From: Candidatus Babeliales bacterium
GTDB lineage: Bacteria; Babelota; Babeliae; Babelales; JANWKD01
DNA: 64,000 nt
NCBI GenBank assembly: GCA_963722075.1
Contig: CAVRJM010000001.1
Location: 256,001 to 320,000, forward strand
Direction: 5' to 3'
Shown here: positions 18,296-28,193 of the stretch, in pieces
Layout: each line of letters starts with the position of its first letter
Position numbering within the stretch: position 1 is the stretch's first letter
Notes under the pieces: generated by a model
The model's input: the letters and a program-made list of their open reading frames with translations, nothing else
Told to the model about the DNA's origin: nothing
Database searches by the model: none
Translations under genes and position numbers: made by a program

Positions 18296-18694
18296 TTATG
18301 CTGTTTTTATCGATTGATTAACAATTTGCTTAAGTTCTGCAGTATATTTTTTTATTTCATTATAAAAGTTATCTAACGACTTACTTATTTTTTCCTGAAC
18401 TGCTCGATATGCTTGCAATTGTTGGTTATTAGCCATTACAAAAAAGCTATTTTTATCTTGATTCACCAGTATTATTTCATGATCAATAAGCGTTTTTTGA
18501 AGGTCGGCGGTAGCTATATGAAGGTACGCGCTTTTTTTATCATTAGTGAGCATTAAGGAGCCACATGCTTCTTTAATAGCGGTATCGGATTCCTTTTTGA
18601 GTTTTGGTGGTGCTATAAACGATTCGGGTGCTGGTTGATCTGCATGCATTACCGTGGTGAGTACCAGGCAGCTGAGTAATATTTTAGTATTCAT
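18296..18694 (-). CDS. Secreted hypothetical protein
   Basis: Signal peptide MNTKILLSCLVLTTVMHA|DQP. Confidence 0.6.
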   Translation of the reverse strand: MNTKILLSCLVLTTVMHADQPAPESFIAPPKLKKESDTAIKEACGSLMLTNDKKSAYLHIATADLQKTLIDHEIILVNQDKNSFFVMANNQQLQAYRAVQEKISKSLDNFYNEIKKYTAELKQIVNQSIKTA

Positions 18695-18701
18695 GGGTAT
18701 A

Positions 18702-18920
18702 CTAATAGCCATTGTACGTTCCTTTTAGCTTTTTTATTTCTCTTTCTAAGTCTTTATTTTTGCTTTCTACTTCTTTAATATGATTCTCTAAGTTTCTCAC
18801 TTTAGATTCTAAGCTTTGTATCTTACTTTCTAGCTGATTCAATTTATAGGTTGTTGTATAATCAACTCCCTTTAGTGAGAATATACAAAATAATACGGTG
18901 ATACTTATTTTATAAGACAT
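18702..18920 (-). CDS. Small secreted coiled-coil protein
   Basis: AAGGA RBS; signal peptide; heptads LESKIQSLESKVRNLENHIKEVESK. Confidence 0.65.
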   Translation of the reverse strand: MSYKISITVLFCIFSLKGVDYTTTYKLNQLESKIQSLESKVRNLENHIKEVESKNKDLEREIKKLKGTYNGY

Positions 18921-18940
18921 ATGGATCCTTATTGATTTTA

Positions 18941-19026
18941 TGGATCCTCACGTCGCCATGGGCTCCTCAGGATGACAAGGAGTTGTTTTGATGTCATTCT
19001 GAGGCTGTTAGGCCGTAGGAATCCAG
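18941..19026. repeat. Family A REP-like inverted pair
   Basis: TGGATCC..CTCAGGATGACA and TGTCATTCTGAGG..GTAGGAATCCAG; matches 44018-44110. Confidence 0.8.
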
Positions 19027-19141
19027 TTATAGATTAATTCCTTATTTTATATGCATTATAAACCGTTGGGTGCTTATTAACATTAATAGTATACTGCTAA
19101 AAAAGTTAATGAGAAAATTAAATAATCCCTCAGGAGTATAA

Positions 19142-19843
19142 ATGATAATAAATATGCTACTTATAGTATTACTTTCTTCTTCTTATTCATATGCACATGA
19201 AGAAAAGAAAAAAGATACGGCGGTAAAAACTGAAGTTGCAACAAAACTTTTTATAGGAGCATATATTACTGCCCTTGCCTTAGATATTGGCTCCTACCTT
19301 TCAACTACTCTGCAAAATAGTATATGGGGTGCAGGAGAAATAGATGATGCCGTTGCTCAACGTATTGATAAAATTGCGCTTACGTATAATTTCAAAAATA
19401 CTCCTGCTATTAAACAAGCATATTCTGTATGGCATTGGTTAGGAGGTTCATTATTTTCAAACCATTCAATCTTGTTTATTGATAAGGAGCTAGCCCAAAC
19501 GATCAGGAACATCGAGTATGATGATATGGGGTATCATAAAGAGACTGAAAGAAAAGTAATAAATCAACTAGTAGTTATTGAACATAATAGGGATTTGAAT
19601 ATTATTATTGCGGCATTAACGATACCTCTATTAACCTATGGCTTATTAAAGGGGTGTAACGTGCTGCTTAAAAAGATGGGGCAAGCCAATAATGCTCTTG
19701 TAAAGGCGATAAAAAATGGTATCGAGTATTGTTCAAGTAATAGCATAATTATTGGCTTATGTTCATTATCCATGCTGTATGGATTTATTAAAGCGCAAGA
19801 TTGGTATTTGGTAAATCAAGCAGGTGCCATAGTAGGTTACTAA
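19142..19843 (+). CDS. Hypothetical membrane protein
   Basis: AGGAG RBS; signal peptide plus about 3 hydrophobic segments. Confidence 0.6.
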   Translation: MIINMLLIVLLSSSYSYAHEEKKKDTAVKTEVATKLFIGAYITALALDIGSYLSTTLQNSIWGAGEIDDAVAQRIDKIALTYNFKNTPAIKQAYSVWHWLGGSLFSNHSILFIDKELAQTIRNIEYDDMGYHKETERKVINQLVVIEHNRDLNIIIAALTIPLLTYGLLKGCNVLLKKMGQANNALVKAIKNGIEYCSSNSIIIGLCSLSMLYGFIKAQDWYLVNQAGAIVGY

Positions 19844-20406
19844 CCATGTTTTCTTACAATTGAGCGAGTGCCAATCAAGATATATTGCGCTAACGAGGCA
19901 AATACTAAAAGAATGAGTATAATAAGAAAAAAGTTATATGTTTTTATTGGTACCCATTGAAAAAAGTAACAAAAGAAAAACCAGATAATAAAGCATATCT
20001 GCACAAACGTAGTACCTTTACCAAGCATGGTTGGTTGAATTTCAATTGATCCATGCAGGCAATAAATAATAAATGAGCCGCCAATTAAAATTAATTCTTT
20101 GCATAACACTAATAATACAAACCAGCGCGGAATGATAAAAAGTGGCGTTTTGATAAAGGCCAGCGTAGCAAAACAAGAAACTATAAGTAATTTATCAGCG
20201 CATGCATCAAGGCACGCTCCTAAGAAAGTGCGCATATGTAAAAGACGTGCTAAAAAGCCATCGATTACATCAGTTACCGCGGCTAGAACAAATAACCAAA
20301 ACGCTTTTTGCCAACAACTTTGTACCATTGCATACACTATAAATGGGGTAAGAAGAATACGTACTAACGTGAAAAGGGTTGGAATGGTGATATATCGCAT
20401 CATCAT
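19840..20406 (-). CDS. pgsA: CDP-alcohol phosphatidyltransferase (PgsA-like)
   Basis: TIPT.FTLVRI, TDVIDGFLAR...T.LGA.LD..ADKLL, GK..T..Q. Confidence 0.88.
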   Translation of the reverse strand: MMMRYITIPTLFTLVRILLTPFIVYAMVQSCWQKAFWLFVLAAVTDVIDGFLARLLHMRTFLGACLDACADKLLIVSCFATLAFIKTPLFIIPRWFVLLVLCKELILIGGSFIIYCLHGSIEIQPTMLGKGTTFVQICFIIWFFFCYFFQWVPIKTYNFFLIILILLVFASLAQYILIGTRSIVRKHG

Positions 20407-20409
20407 ATG

Positions 20410-21462
20410 TTATTGAATAACCCCTGCTCCTAAGCACTGTGAATTAGCATAAAAAACAGCAAATTGCCCCGATGCAATACCTTGATCATTTTCTGTTAAG
20501 CGTATTTCTGCTTTATGATCATCAATAAATTCGATTGAACAGCTGTGAATTTGTGCACCATGACGTAATTTAACAAGCAATTCACGTTGCATTGGTTTTT
20601 TGCCTGAAATCCAATTAAAATTGCCAACAATACATGATTTGCGCAGTTTTTCTGCCGAGTAATAGTTTCGCGAAATATAAACAGTGTTACTGCTTGGATC
20701 TTTGGCAGTTACATACCAAGGGCCACCACTCAATCCAATGCCCTGACGTTGCCCAATAGTATAAAACCAAAAGCCTTCATGGATACCCATTTCTTTTCCT
20801 GTTTCAATTTCAATTAAAGGTCCTTTGGAAGTACCTAAATGATACTTTAAAAATTCATCAAATTTTAATTTCCCTAAAAAGCAAATTCCTTGGCTATCTT
20901 TGCGCTCTTTATTGGGAAGGTTAAATTGCTGGGCTAATGCGCGTACTTGGGATTTTTTTAACGCACCTAGGGGAAAAAGGGCTTTTTGTAATTGTTCTTG
21001 GGTAAGATACGAAAGAAAATAGGTTTGATCTTTAATAGGATCAGGGGCAGCATGGAGTTCCTTAAGACCATTTTGTTCAAGTACTTGGGCATAATGGCCC
21101 GTAGCAATTGCGTCAAATTGATTGCCAATAGCATCATAAAAACAACCAAATTTGATCTGTTGGTTACAGAGAATATCAGGGTTGGGGGTAAAGCCTGTTT
21201 TTACCTGAGTGATAGTGTAGGCCACTACGCGTTCCCAGTATTCTTTTTGTAGAGAAATAATTTGTAGTGGAATATCCAATTGGGCGCATACGGCTTGAAC
21301 ATAGGTTAAATCTTCTTGCCAAGGGCATTCGCCCAAAAAAGAAAGTTCGTCCTCAAGCCAAATTTTTAAGTAAAACGCCGTAACTGAATGTCCTTGATCT
21401 TTTAGGAGTTTTAAAGCAACTGAGCTATCTACTCCACCAGATACTAAAACTGCTATATTCAT
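20410..21462 (-). CDS. mnmA: tRNA-specific 2-thiouridylase MnmA
   Basis: SGGVDSS, TPNPDILCN, ATGHYA, KDQTYFL, DSQGICF, YTIGQR. Confidence 0.97.
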   Translation of the reverse strand: MNIAVLVSGGVDSSVALKLLKDQGHSVTAFYLKIWLEDELSFLGECPWQEDLTYVQAVCAQLDIPLQIISLQKEYWERVVAYTITQVKTGFTPNPDILCNQQIKFGCFYDAIGNQFDAIATGHYAQVLEQNGLKELHAAPDPIKDQTYFLSYLTQEQLQKALFPLGALKKSQVRALAQQFNLPNKERKDSQGICFLGKLKFDEFLKYHLGTSKGPLIEIETGKEMGIHEGFWFYTIGQRQGIGLSGGPWYVTAKDPSSNTVYISRNYYSAEKLRKSCIVGNFNWISGKKPMQRELLVKLRHGAQIHSCSIEFIDDHKAEIRLTENDQGIASGQFAVFYANSQCLGAGVIQ

Positions 21463-21508
21463 AATGTATAAATATAGCAGTTATTTTTAAGATCGCCTAT
21501 TAGGTTTG

Positions 21509-22291
21509 TTATTTTAAGGCGTTATTAAGATTTTCAAGTCTATTTTTTAAGTTTTTTAGGCTAAATTCTACAGAACGTTCTCCAAGGGAGGTGGCCCATA
21601 CTTCTTCTTCCTCCTCTTCTTCTTCAGGTGTTGTAATGGTACCCCACATAGTAGGCAATTCTTCTTCACTTTCAGATTCTTCCGCGGAAATCCATCCCTC
21701 TTCTTCCGATTCTGCTCCTTCTTGCGCGGGTTGTAAGCCAATAGTTTGTTCAATCATATGGCGCGTTTGATTATCAGTAAAGTAAGGAACAAAATGATGT
21801 CTAAGTTTCATATCGCCAGTTCTGCTTTTATAAATTGCACTATGTCGTCCACTGATTTTCATTATATCTATAAAATGCTTCGCATTAACCCATCTAAAGT
21901 CTTTTTTTTCTTTATCCCGTTGATCAGGCCCTTTTAAAATTTGTTGGGGGGTTTTATAGGGAACTTCTGCTAAAAATAATGAATAATATTTTTTTGGGCC
22001 AGGATTAGTGATCCCATCTTTTGGTTGTAAATCCTTTTCGGTTAGTTTGTAAGTACCTCGAGATTCTTCCCGCAGCTCACGCAAGGCAGTTTGCTGAGCA
22101 GTTTCATTTCTCTTACCGCCACCACCAAAATCAGCCCAGTCATCTTCTAGTGTTCCAAAAGCTTCTTGTCCTAGTAGAAAATATACGTTCCCTTTGTGTT
22201 TAGAATATGGAAGTACGCCCGCATTTTTTGCTTCTAGTGAAAAACTAATGATGCATGATAAAAAAATAATGATTAATGCTTTTTTATTCAT
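21509..22291 (-). CDS. Secreted Nudix hydrolase with acidic tail
   Basis: Signal peptide; AGVLPY..VYFLLGQE..WADFGG; intact Nudix box ETAQQTALRELREES; Glu-rich tail. Confidence 0.85.
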   Translation of the reverse strand: MNKKALIIIFLSCIISFSLEAKNAGVLPYSKHKGNVYFLLGQEAFGTLEDDWADFGGGGKRNETAQQTALRELREESRGTYKLTEKDLQPKDGITNPGPKKYYSLFLAEVPYKTPQQILKGPDQRDKEKKDFRWVNAKHFIDIMKISGRHSAIYKSRTGDMKLRHHFVPYFTDNQTRHMIEQTIGLQPAQEGAESEEEGWISAEESESEEELPTMWGTITTPEEEEEEEEVWATSLGERSVEFSLKNLKNRLENLNNALK

Positions 22292-22442
22292 AGTAACCCT
22301 TTTTTAGTTAGTTTCTTTCATTTTATATAAGATAGTTTTTTCAAAGCAATGATTTGAACACGGTATATTCATTCTAGACTTTTGATTTATTTCGATTTAT
22401 AACTAAAACAGCCAAAAAATATGAAGCATCTGAAAGGAGTAA

Positions 22443-23807
22443 ATGGCTAAAATAGTTATTCTTGGTGCAGGGCTAACTGGGCTTTCAGTAGCCTATCATT
22501 TAGAAAAAAAAGGATATTTTGATTACAAAATAATCGAAAAAGATTCTACGGTAGGGGGGTTATGCCGTTCGGTTCATCAGGATGGCTTTACGTTTGATTA
22601 TACGGGCCATTTATTACATGCCAGTGATCCTTATTTCCAGTCATTTATTGCTCAATTAGTGGGTATGAATACCCTTAATACTATTGTACGGCGTTCTTTT
22701 ATTTATTCTCATGAAGTATTTACCCATTATCCATTTCAAATAAATTTATATGGATTGCCGGTACCAGTGATTGCTGAATGTATCGAGGGTTTTGTAACCA
22801 GAAAAAGAAATAAAAAAATTGACTCGTTTTATGATTGGGCGCTTGCTACTTTTGGACACGGTATTGCCCGCCATTTTTTCTTTCCTTTTCAAAAAAAAAT
22901 ACTTTCTTACAACTTAAAAAAAATTACGGCATCATGGACGGGGCGTTTTGTACCATCCACGTCACTAACTCAAATGATTCAAGGGGCCATTAGCGACCCG
23001 GCACTTGATCAACAGATTGGCTATAATGCTCATTTTTATTATCCCAAAAAAGGAGGAATCTTTTTCTGGGTAGAAAAAATTGCGCAGGCTTTAAAAAATC
23101 ATATTTACACGGGATATGAAGTTAAATCAATTGATATGGAGGCAAAACGGGTTATTTTTGCTAATGGCGATTATGAGCAGTATGATACGCTGATTTCTAC
23201 TATTCCCTTAGATATATTGTTGTTGCGCTTAGAAGACCGTTCAACAACAACCTTTAAGAAAGCCCAAGATCATTTGGTTTGTAATTCAGTGATTAACTTT
23301 AATATAGGAATAAATAGACCAGATCTTTCTGAAAAGCATTGGATCTATTTTCCTGAAAATGAATTTCCTTTTTATCGTATTGGTTTTCCACATAACTTTA
23401 CTTCATATGCGGTGCCAACGGGCTGTAGTTCTTTGTATGGCGAACTTTCTTATGTTAAAAAATCAAAAAAGCGAATTAATGAACAATTGCAAACATCGTT
23501 AGCGATGACAAAAAAATTGTTGGGTATTGCTGATCATGAAATCGTTACTGAAAAAATTATTCCTATTAGCCATGCCTATGTAATTTATGATTTTTGGCGA
23601 GAAAAAAAGTTACCTTCCTTATTAAAAGAACTTCAGCATAATGATATTTACTCAATTGGACGTTATGGGGCATGGAAATATTCAAGCATGCAGGAAGCAG
23701 TATTAGATGGCAAGAAAATTGCTGAAGAATTAGTGGTAATGCCAGCCAAAAAAACATTTTTTGTTACGCCTAAGGAATATGTTGGACAAAAAGAGATAGT
23801 AAATTGA
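22443..23807 (+). CDS. FAD-dependent oxidoreductase (HemY-like or UDP-galactopyranose-mutase-like family)
   Basis: GAGLTGL, GGLCRS..DGFTFDYTGH, FYYPKKGG, GRYGAWKYSSM. Confidence 0.8.
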   Translation: MAKIVILGAGLTGLSVAYHLEKKGYFDYKIIEKDSTVGGLCRSVHQDGFTFDYTGHLLHASDPYFQSFIAQLVGMNTLNTIVRRSFIYSHEVFTHYPFQINLYGLPVPVIAECIEGFVTRKRNKKIDSFYDWALATFGHGIARHFFFPFQKKILSYNLKKITASWTGRFVPSTSLTQMIQGAISDPALDQQIGYNAHFYYPKKGGIFFWVEKIAQALKNHIYTGYEVKSIDMEAKRVIFANGDYEQYDTLISTIPLDILLLRLEDRSTTTFKKAQDHLVCNSVINFNIGINRPDLSEKHWIYFPENEFPFYRIGFPHNFTSYAVPTGCSSLYGELSYVKKSKKRINEQLQTSLAMTKKLLGIADHEIVTEKIIPISHAYVIYDFWREKKLPSLLKELQHNDIYSIGRYGAWKYSSMQEAVLDGKKIAEELVVMPAKKTFFVTPKEYVGQKEIVN

Positions 23808-24709
23808 AGTTTGATTTTTACAAAAATAAAAAAATATTAGTCACTGGTGGAGCAGGCTTTATTGGTTCACATTTAGTGCATCAATTAGTGAGTTTGGGTG
23901 CGCATGTACATGTGCTTGATAATCTAAGTACCGGGACACTTGAAAATATAAAACGCGTGCTGCCATCTATTACTTTTCTTGAAGATTCTATTACCAATAT
24001 AGCTGCCTGTTTAGCAGCCACTGATCAAGTAGATCTTATATTTCATTGCGCGGCACAAACTTCGGTACCCCAATCGATGGAAAATCCGCTCTTTTGTTTT
24101 CAAACAAATATTGAGGGTACGTATAATCTACTAGAAGCAGCGCGAAAAAATAAGGTGCGGCGCGTGGTGTTTTCTTCTTCTTCAGCAGTATATGGTGAGC
24201 GGCAGGAAAAATGTCATGAAGAAATGGTATGTCAACCCAGCTCACCGTACGGTTATTCTAAATATATTGGTGAATCATTATGCAAAACTTACACTACTGC
24301 ATTTAATCTAGAAACGGTGAGTTTGCGTTATTTTAATGTATATGGTGAGCGGCAATTAATTACGGGGCCTTATGCAGCAGCACGTGCAGTGTTTAAAGAA
24401 TGCATGCATCTTAATAAGCCAATTACGTTATATGGTGATGGATCACAGCTGCGTGATTTTGTAAGCGTACAAAAAGTAGTAGAAGCAAATTTGATCATGG
24501 GGATGCTATGCAGTAGTCAGATAAATGGGCAGGTTTTTAATGTAGCTTCAGGTTCTAGCATTAGTTTATTGGAATTAATCGAAGCATTAAAAAAAGAATA
24601 TCCTTCATATAATCAAGGGATATTATTTAAACCGGCACGCGCGGGAGATATTCGCTCTATTGCGGCTGATTGTACTAAATTAAATGGTATAAGAAGTACT
24701 ATTTCTTAA
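23804..24709 (+). CDS. NAD-dependent epimerase/dehydratase (GalE/WbpP-like)
   Basis: TGGAGFIGSH, SSSAVYG, YGYSK, LRYFNVYG, GDGSQLRDF. Confidence 0.9.
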   Translation: MKFDFYKNKKILVTGGAGFIGSHLVHQLVSLGAHVHVLDNLSTGTLENIKRVLPSITFLEDSITNIAACLAATDQVDLIFHCAAQTSVPQSMENPLFCFQTNIEGTYNLLEAARKNKVRRVVFSSSSAVYGERQEKCHEEMVCQPSSPYGYSKYIGESLCKTYTTAFNLETVSLRYFNVYGERQLITGPYAAARAVFKECMHLNKPITLYGDGSQLRDFVSVQKVVEANLIMGMLCSSQINGQVFNVASGSSISLLELIEALKKEYPSYNQGILFKPARAGDIRSIAADCTKLNGIRSTIS

Positions 24710-25101
24710 CGTGATCTGCCGCTAATACCAATATTCCATGTATTACCCGCACCATTAACCCATAAATCATAATGATCTAGATCACCATTAAAGGTGAGGG
24801 CAGGATCGATATTGGCATTATCTACGTTATTATCACCCTTATAAAAAGATGCACTGGTATAAGTACATTCTTTTTCTTTATCGGATAAATTATAAGTTAC
24901 TTTGTGATTGGGGCCAATGTAATTATAATGCAGCGTTGTATTACAGATATCCGGTAGAGAAGGCATGCTTTTGGAATGTATATGAACGCTAATTCCTTCT
25001 TTTTTATTTACGTTATGGATAGTAATACTACCTTCGCCGGCGAAACTATTGCTGAGGTTTGATAAAAATACTAGTAATAAATAGGTAATTTTTTTATTCA
25101 T
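24706..25101 (-). CDS. Small secreted beta-rich protein (paralogue of 25227-25628)
   Basis: GAGG RBS; SFA| signal; shared motifs CTY.sA.FY, LW.N, W.IGI. Confidence 0.7.
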   Translation of the reverse strand: MNKKITYLLLVFLSNLSNSFAGEGSITIHNVNKKEGISVHIHSKSMPSLPDICNTTLHYNYIGPNHKVTYNLSDKEKECTYTSASFYKGDNNVDNANIDPALTFNGDLDHYDLWVNGAGNTWNIGISGRSR

Positions 25102-25226
25102 AAGCCCTCCATTACTATAAAAATAACATAATTTATTTCAGTTTGGCAATAATTATTGCTGTTTTACCTTTAATATTGCTATAATAATTTATGGAGATTT
25201 TATTTGATGAAAATGAGGAGAATTTC

Positions 25227-25628
25227 ATGATTTATGGTAAGAAAATGCTATTTTTAATTTTTATTTTAACATTGAACATGCAAATATATCCAATGATTCC
25301 GGATACTAACGTGACTATAGTGAATAAAAGCAAAGATCCGGTAACGGTGTACTTACATAGTGTGCCCAGGACATGTTATCCTGCTAAAAGAACTATTCGG
25401 TTTGATTTACCCGGGGCAACCATGTACTCTTTAGGTACAGTAACTAAGCCAGTAGGAACTACCTGCACCTATTCTAATGCTGATTTTTATCATAATGAAA
25501 ATCATTGGGGTAGTTCTGACATTCAACCGCGAGCCTATGTTCCGAGTGCTGATGGTGCTGCCAAATTGTGGATAAATAACTCAGAGGGTGGCAAATGGGG
25601 GATAGGAATAACTAAATTGAATCCATAA
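25227..25628 (+). CDS. Small secreted beta-rich protein (paralogue of 24706-25101)
   Basis: GAGGAG RBS before ATG 25227; shared motifs with the divergent neighbour. Confidence 0.7.
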   Translation: MIYGKKMLFLIFILTLNMQIYPMIPDTNVTIVNKSKDPVTVYLHSVPRTCYPAKRTIRFDLPGATMYSLGTVTKPVGTTCTYSNADFYHNENHWGSSDIQPRAYVPSADGAAKLWINNSEGGKWGIGITKLNP

Positions 25629-25722
25629 TTAGTAAATATATTCGCTTCGCCTCTCTTAATTGCTAAAAAAACTGATTTTGGCACACTATATACTATATTA
25701 AAACGTTAATATAGGAGCATAT

Positions 25723-26319
25723 ATGGCCAAAATTACCATGGAACTCATTCAACAGCTGCGTGATAGAACCGGCGTTGGCATGATGGATTGTAAAAAAGCA
25801 TTAACTGAAACTGATGGTGACCTAGAAAAAGCGGTCGAGTTATTGCGTAAAAAAGGTGCAGCTATAGCGGCAAAAAGATCCGCTAATGTAACGGTAGAAG
25901 GATTGGTACATGCGTATATACATCCCGGTAGCCAAGTAGGGGTTTTGCTTGAGATTAATTGCGAAACTGATTTTGTTGCACGTACAGATGCTTTGAAACA
26001 ATTTGCTGCTGATATTTGTTTGCATATTGCTGCAATGAAGCCTTTATATATTTCTCCTGAATCGGTTGATACTACGTTGCTTGAAAAAGAACGCGCTATT
26101 TTTAAAGAACAATTAGCTGCATCAGGTAAACCGGAAAAAATTATAGATCAAATTGTTGAAGGTAAAATTGCTAAATTTTACACCGAAGTCTGTTTATTAC
26201 AACAACCATTTGTAAAAAACGATAAAATTACCGTAGATGATGTTTTGAAGGATATTATTGCAAAATTAGGTGAAAATATAAAAATTAAGAAATTTGCCCG
26301 TTTTGAAATTGGCAACTAA
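25723..26319 (+). CDS. tsf: Elongation factor Ts (short form)
   Basis: LRDRTGVGMMDCKKAL, EINCETDFVA. Confidence 0.97.
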   Translation: MAKITMELIQQLRDRTGVGMMDCKKALTETDGDLEKAVELLRKKGAAIAAKRSANVTVEGLVHAYIHPGSQVGVLLEINCETDFVARTDALKQFAADICLHIAAMKPLYISPESVDTTLLEKERAIFKEQLAASGKPEKIIDQIVEGKIAKFYTEVCLLQQPFVKNDKITVDDVLKDIIAKLGENIKIKKFARFEIGN

Positions 26320-26338
26320 TGGTTGATAGGTCCTTTTA

Positions 26339-27046
26339 ATGAATATAAGAAAAACTATCTTATTAAAATTGACCGGTGAAATTTTACCTGTAAATGCTCA
26401 GCATCAGATTGATGGCGTCTATCTGCGCTCTATAGCACAGCAAATTCAACAACTTAATCAAACGCATTATTTTGGCATTGTTATTGGTGGTGGGAACTTT
26501 TTTCGGGGTAATAAACAAGGCGCTCATTTGGGCTTATCACCCAGCGTTGGTCACCAAATAGGGATGCTTGCAACCATGATGAATGGGTTAATTGTAAAAG
26601 ACATCTTAGAACAAGAAGGTGTTCGATCAACACTTTTTTCGGCAATACCTTCATCTGAAATAGCAGTGCCCATATCACAGCAGGCTATAAAAAATGCTAT
26701 GGGGAATGGTGAATGTGCAATTTTTGCCGGCGGTACCGGAAACCCTTTTTTTACTACTGATACAAATGCTATCTTACGAGCGTTACAAATGCGAGCAGAT
26801 TGTGTGTGGAAAGGAACTAATGTGGATGGTATCTTTTCTGCTGATCCTCGTAAAGATCCTCAAGCGCATTTCTTAAAGCGTGTAACCTATCAAGAAGCCC
26901 TTAATAATAATTTAAAGATTCTTGATGCAACTGCTTTTGTTCTTGCTAAAGAACAAGGATTAAAAATTCGTGTTTTTAATATATTCAAGAAGGATGCGCT
27001 TATTAATGCAGCACACCAACAGGATATGGGAAGTATTGTAGAATGA
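26339..27046 (+). CDS. pyrH: Uridylate kinase
   Basis: ILLKLTGE, VIGGGNFFRG, GTGNPFFTTD, DGIFSADP. Confidence 0.95.
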   Translation: MNIRKTILLKLTGEILPVNAQHQIDGVYLRSIAQQIQQLNQTHYFGIVIGGGNFFRGNKQGAHLGLSPSVGHQIGMLATMMNGLIVKDILEQEGVRSTLFSAIPSSEIAVPISQQAIKNAMGNGECAIFAGGTGNPFFTTDTNAILRALQMRADCVWKGTNVDGIFSADPRKDPQAHFLKRVTYQEALNNNLKILDATAFVLAKEQGLKIRVFNIFKKDALINAAHQQDMGSIVE

Positions 27047-27083
27047 TGGTTATTATGAAATATAAATTAAAGGATTATTAACG

Positions 27084-27668
27084 ATGATTAATTTAAAATT
27101 AACTGATAATAATTTAAAAGAATTTGAACAATCAGTTACCGCCGAAATGGATAAATCACTTAAACATTTTGAGCGAGAATTGATTACTATTCGTACGGGG
27201 CGTGCACATCCTGCTATGGTAGAAGCACTGAAAGTTGCTTGTTATGGCACCGTAAAAAATTTAAAAGAGATAGCACTAATAACAGCGCCAGAACCAAAGA
27301 TGATTGTTATTGAGCCTTGGGATAAAAGTTTAATTCCTGATATTGAAAAAGCGATTGGCAATTCTGATTTAGGAATTACGCCGTTTAATGATGGTAATTT
27401 AATTAGATTACGCTTGCCTGAAATCTCAACTTCACGTCGTGATGAGTTAGTTAAAGTGCTTCATAAAAAGCTCGAAGATGCTCGTATTGCAGTTCGTAAT
27501 GTACGAAAAGATTACCATAATCTCGTAAGAGATACTGAAAAAACTAAAAAGATTTCAGAAGATCATACCCGTAGACTTAATGATACGTTGCAAAAAATAA
27601 CGGATAAGTTTATTGGTATTGTTGAACAGATGGCACAGAAAAAAGAAAACGAGATTAAAACGGTGTAA
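27084..27668 (+). CDS. frr: Ribosome recycling factor
   Basis: IRTGRA, IEPWD, IEKAI..SDLG..P.NDG, RIAVRNVR. Confidence 0.97.
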   Translation: MINLKLTDNNLKEFEQSVTAEMDKSLKHFERELITIRTGRAHPAMVEALKVACYGTVKNLKEIALITAPEPKMIVIEPWDKSLIPDIEKAIGNSDLGITPFNDGNLIRLRLPEISTSRRDELVKVLHKKLEDARIAVRNVRKDYHNLVRDTEKTKKISEDHTRRLNDTLQKITDKFIGIVEQMAQKKENEIKTV

Positions 27669-27719
27669 AACATCTTCCCTTTCTTAATTGTTGTGCTAAA
27701 CTTGCAATAGAATTTGACA

Positions 27720-27795
27720 GGGCCGCTAGCTCAATTGGTAGAGCGACAGACTCTTAATCTGCAGGTTATTGGTTCGATTCCAATGCGGCCCACCA
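27720..27795 (+). tRNA. tRNA-Lys (CTT)
   Basis: GGGCCGC/GCGGCCC acceptor stem, anticodon loop CT-CTT-AA, GTTCGA T-loop, encoded CCA. Confidence 0.95.
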
Positions 27796-27977
27796 GGCAT
27801 TTCTGAAGGAAATGACTGGCAGGCCAGCTTTTTAAATGAAGTTGACATTATTAGTACAATGAAAAGCGCAAGACTATTTGGCATAGCTTGCTGCAACAAA
27901 GAAGTTGATATTTTCAAAATAAAAAATTGAATTATCTTATGAAGCAGAGTAAAATTATACAATTACCAAATTGATAA

Positions 27978-28064
27978 GCAAGAGTGGCGGAATTGGTAGA
28001 CGCGCTGGACTTAGGATCCAGTTCCCGAAAGGGAGTGGGGGTTCGAGTCCCTTCTCTTGCACCA
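27978..28064 (+). tRNA. tRNA-Leu (TAG)
   Basis: GCAAGAG/CTCTTGC acceptor stem, CTGGA-CTTAGGA-TCCAG anticodon arm, long variable arm, encoded CCA. Confidence 0.95.
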
Positions 28065-28193
28065 GTCATTTCCCTCGGAAATGCCTGGCAGGCCAGTTAA
28101 AAGATAATGGCGATGATTGGAAATTGATACACTGAAGCGATACATTCTGCCAGAGCTTGAAAAGCTATGGAGGAATAAAAAAGGAGAGAGTCG

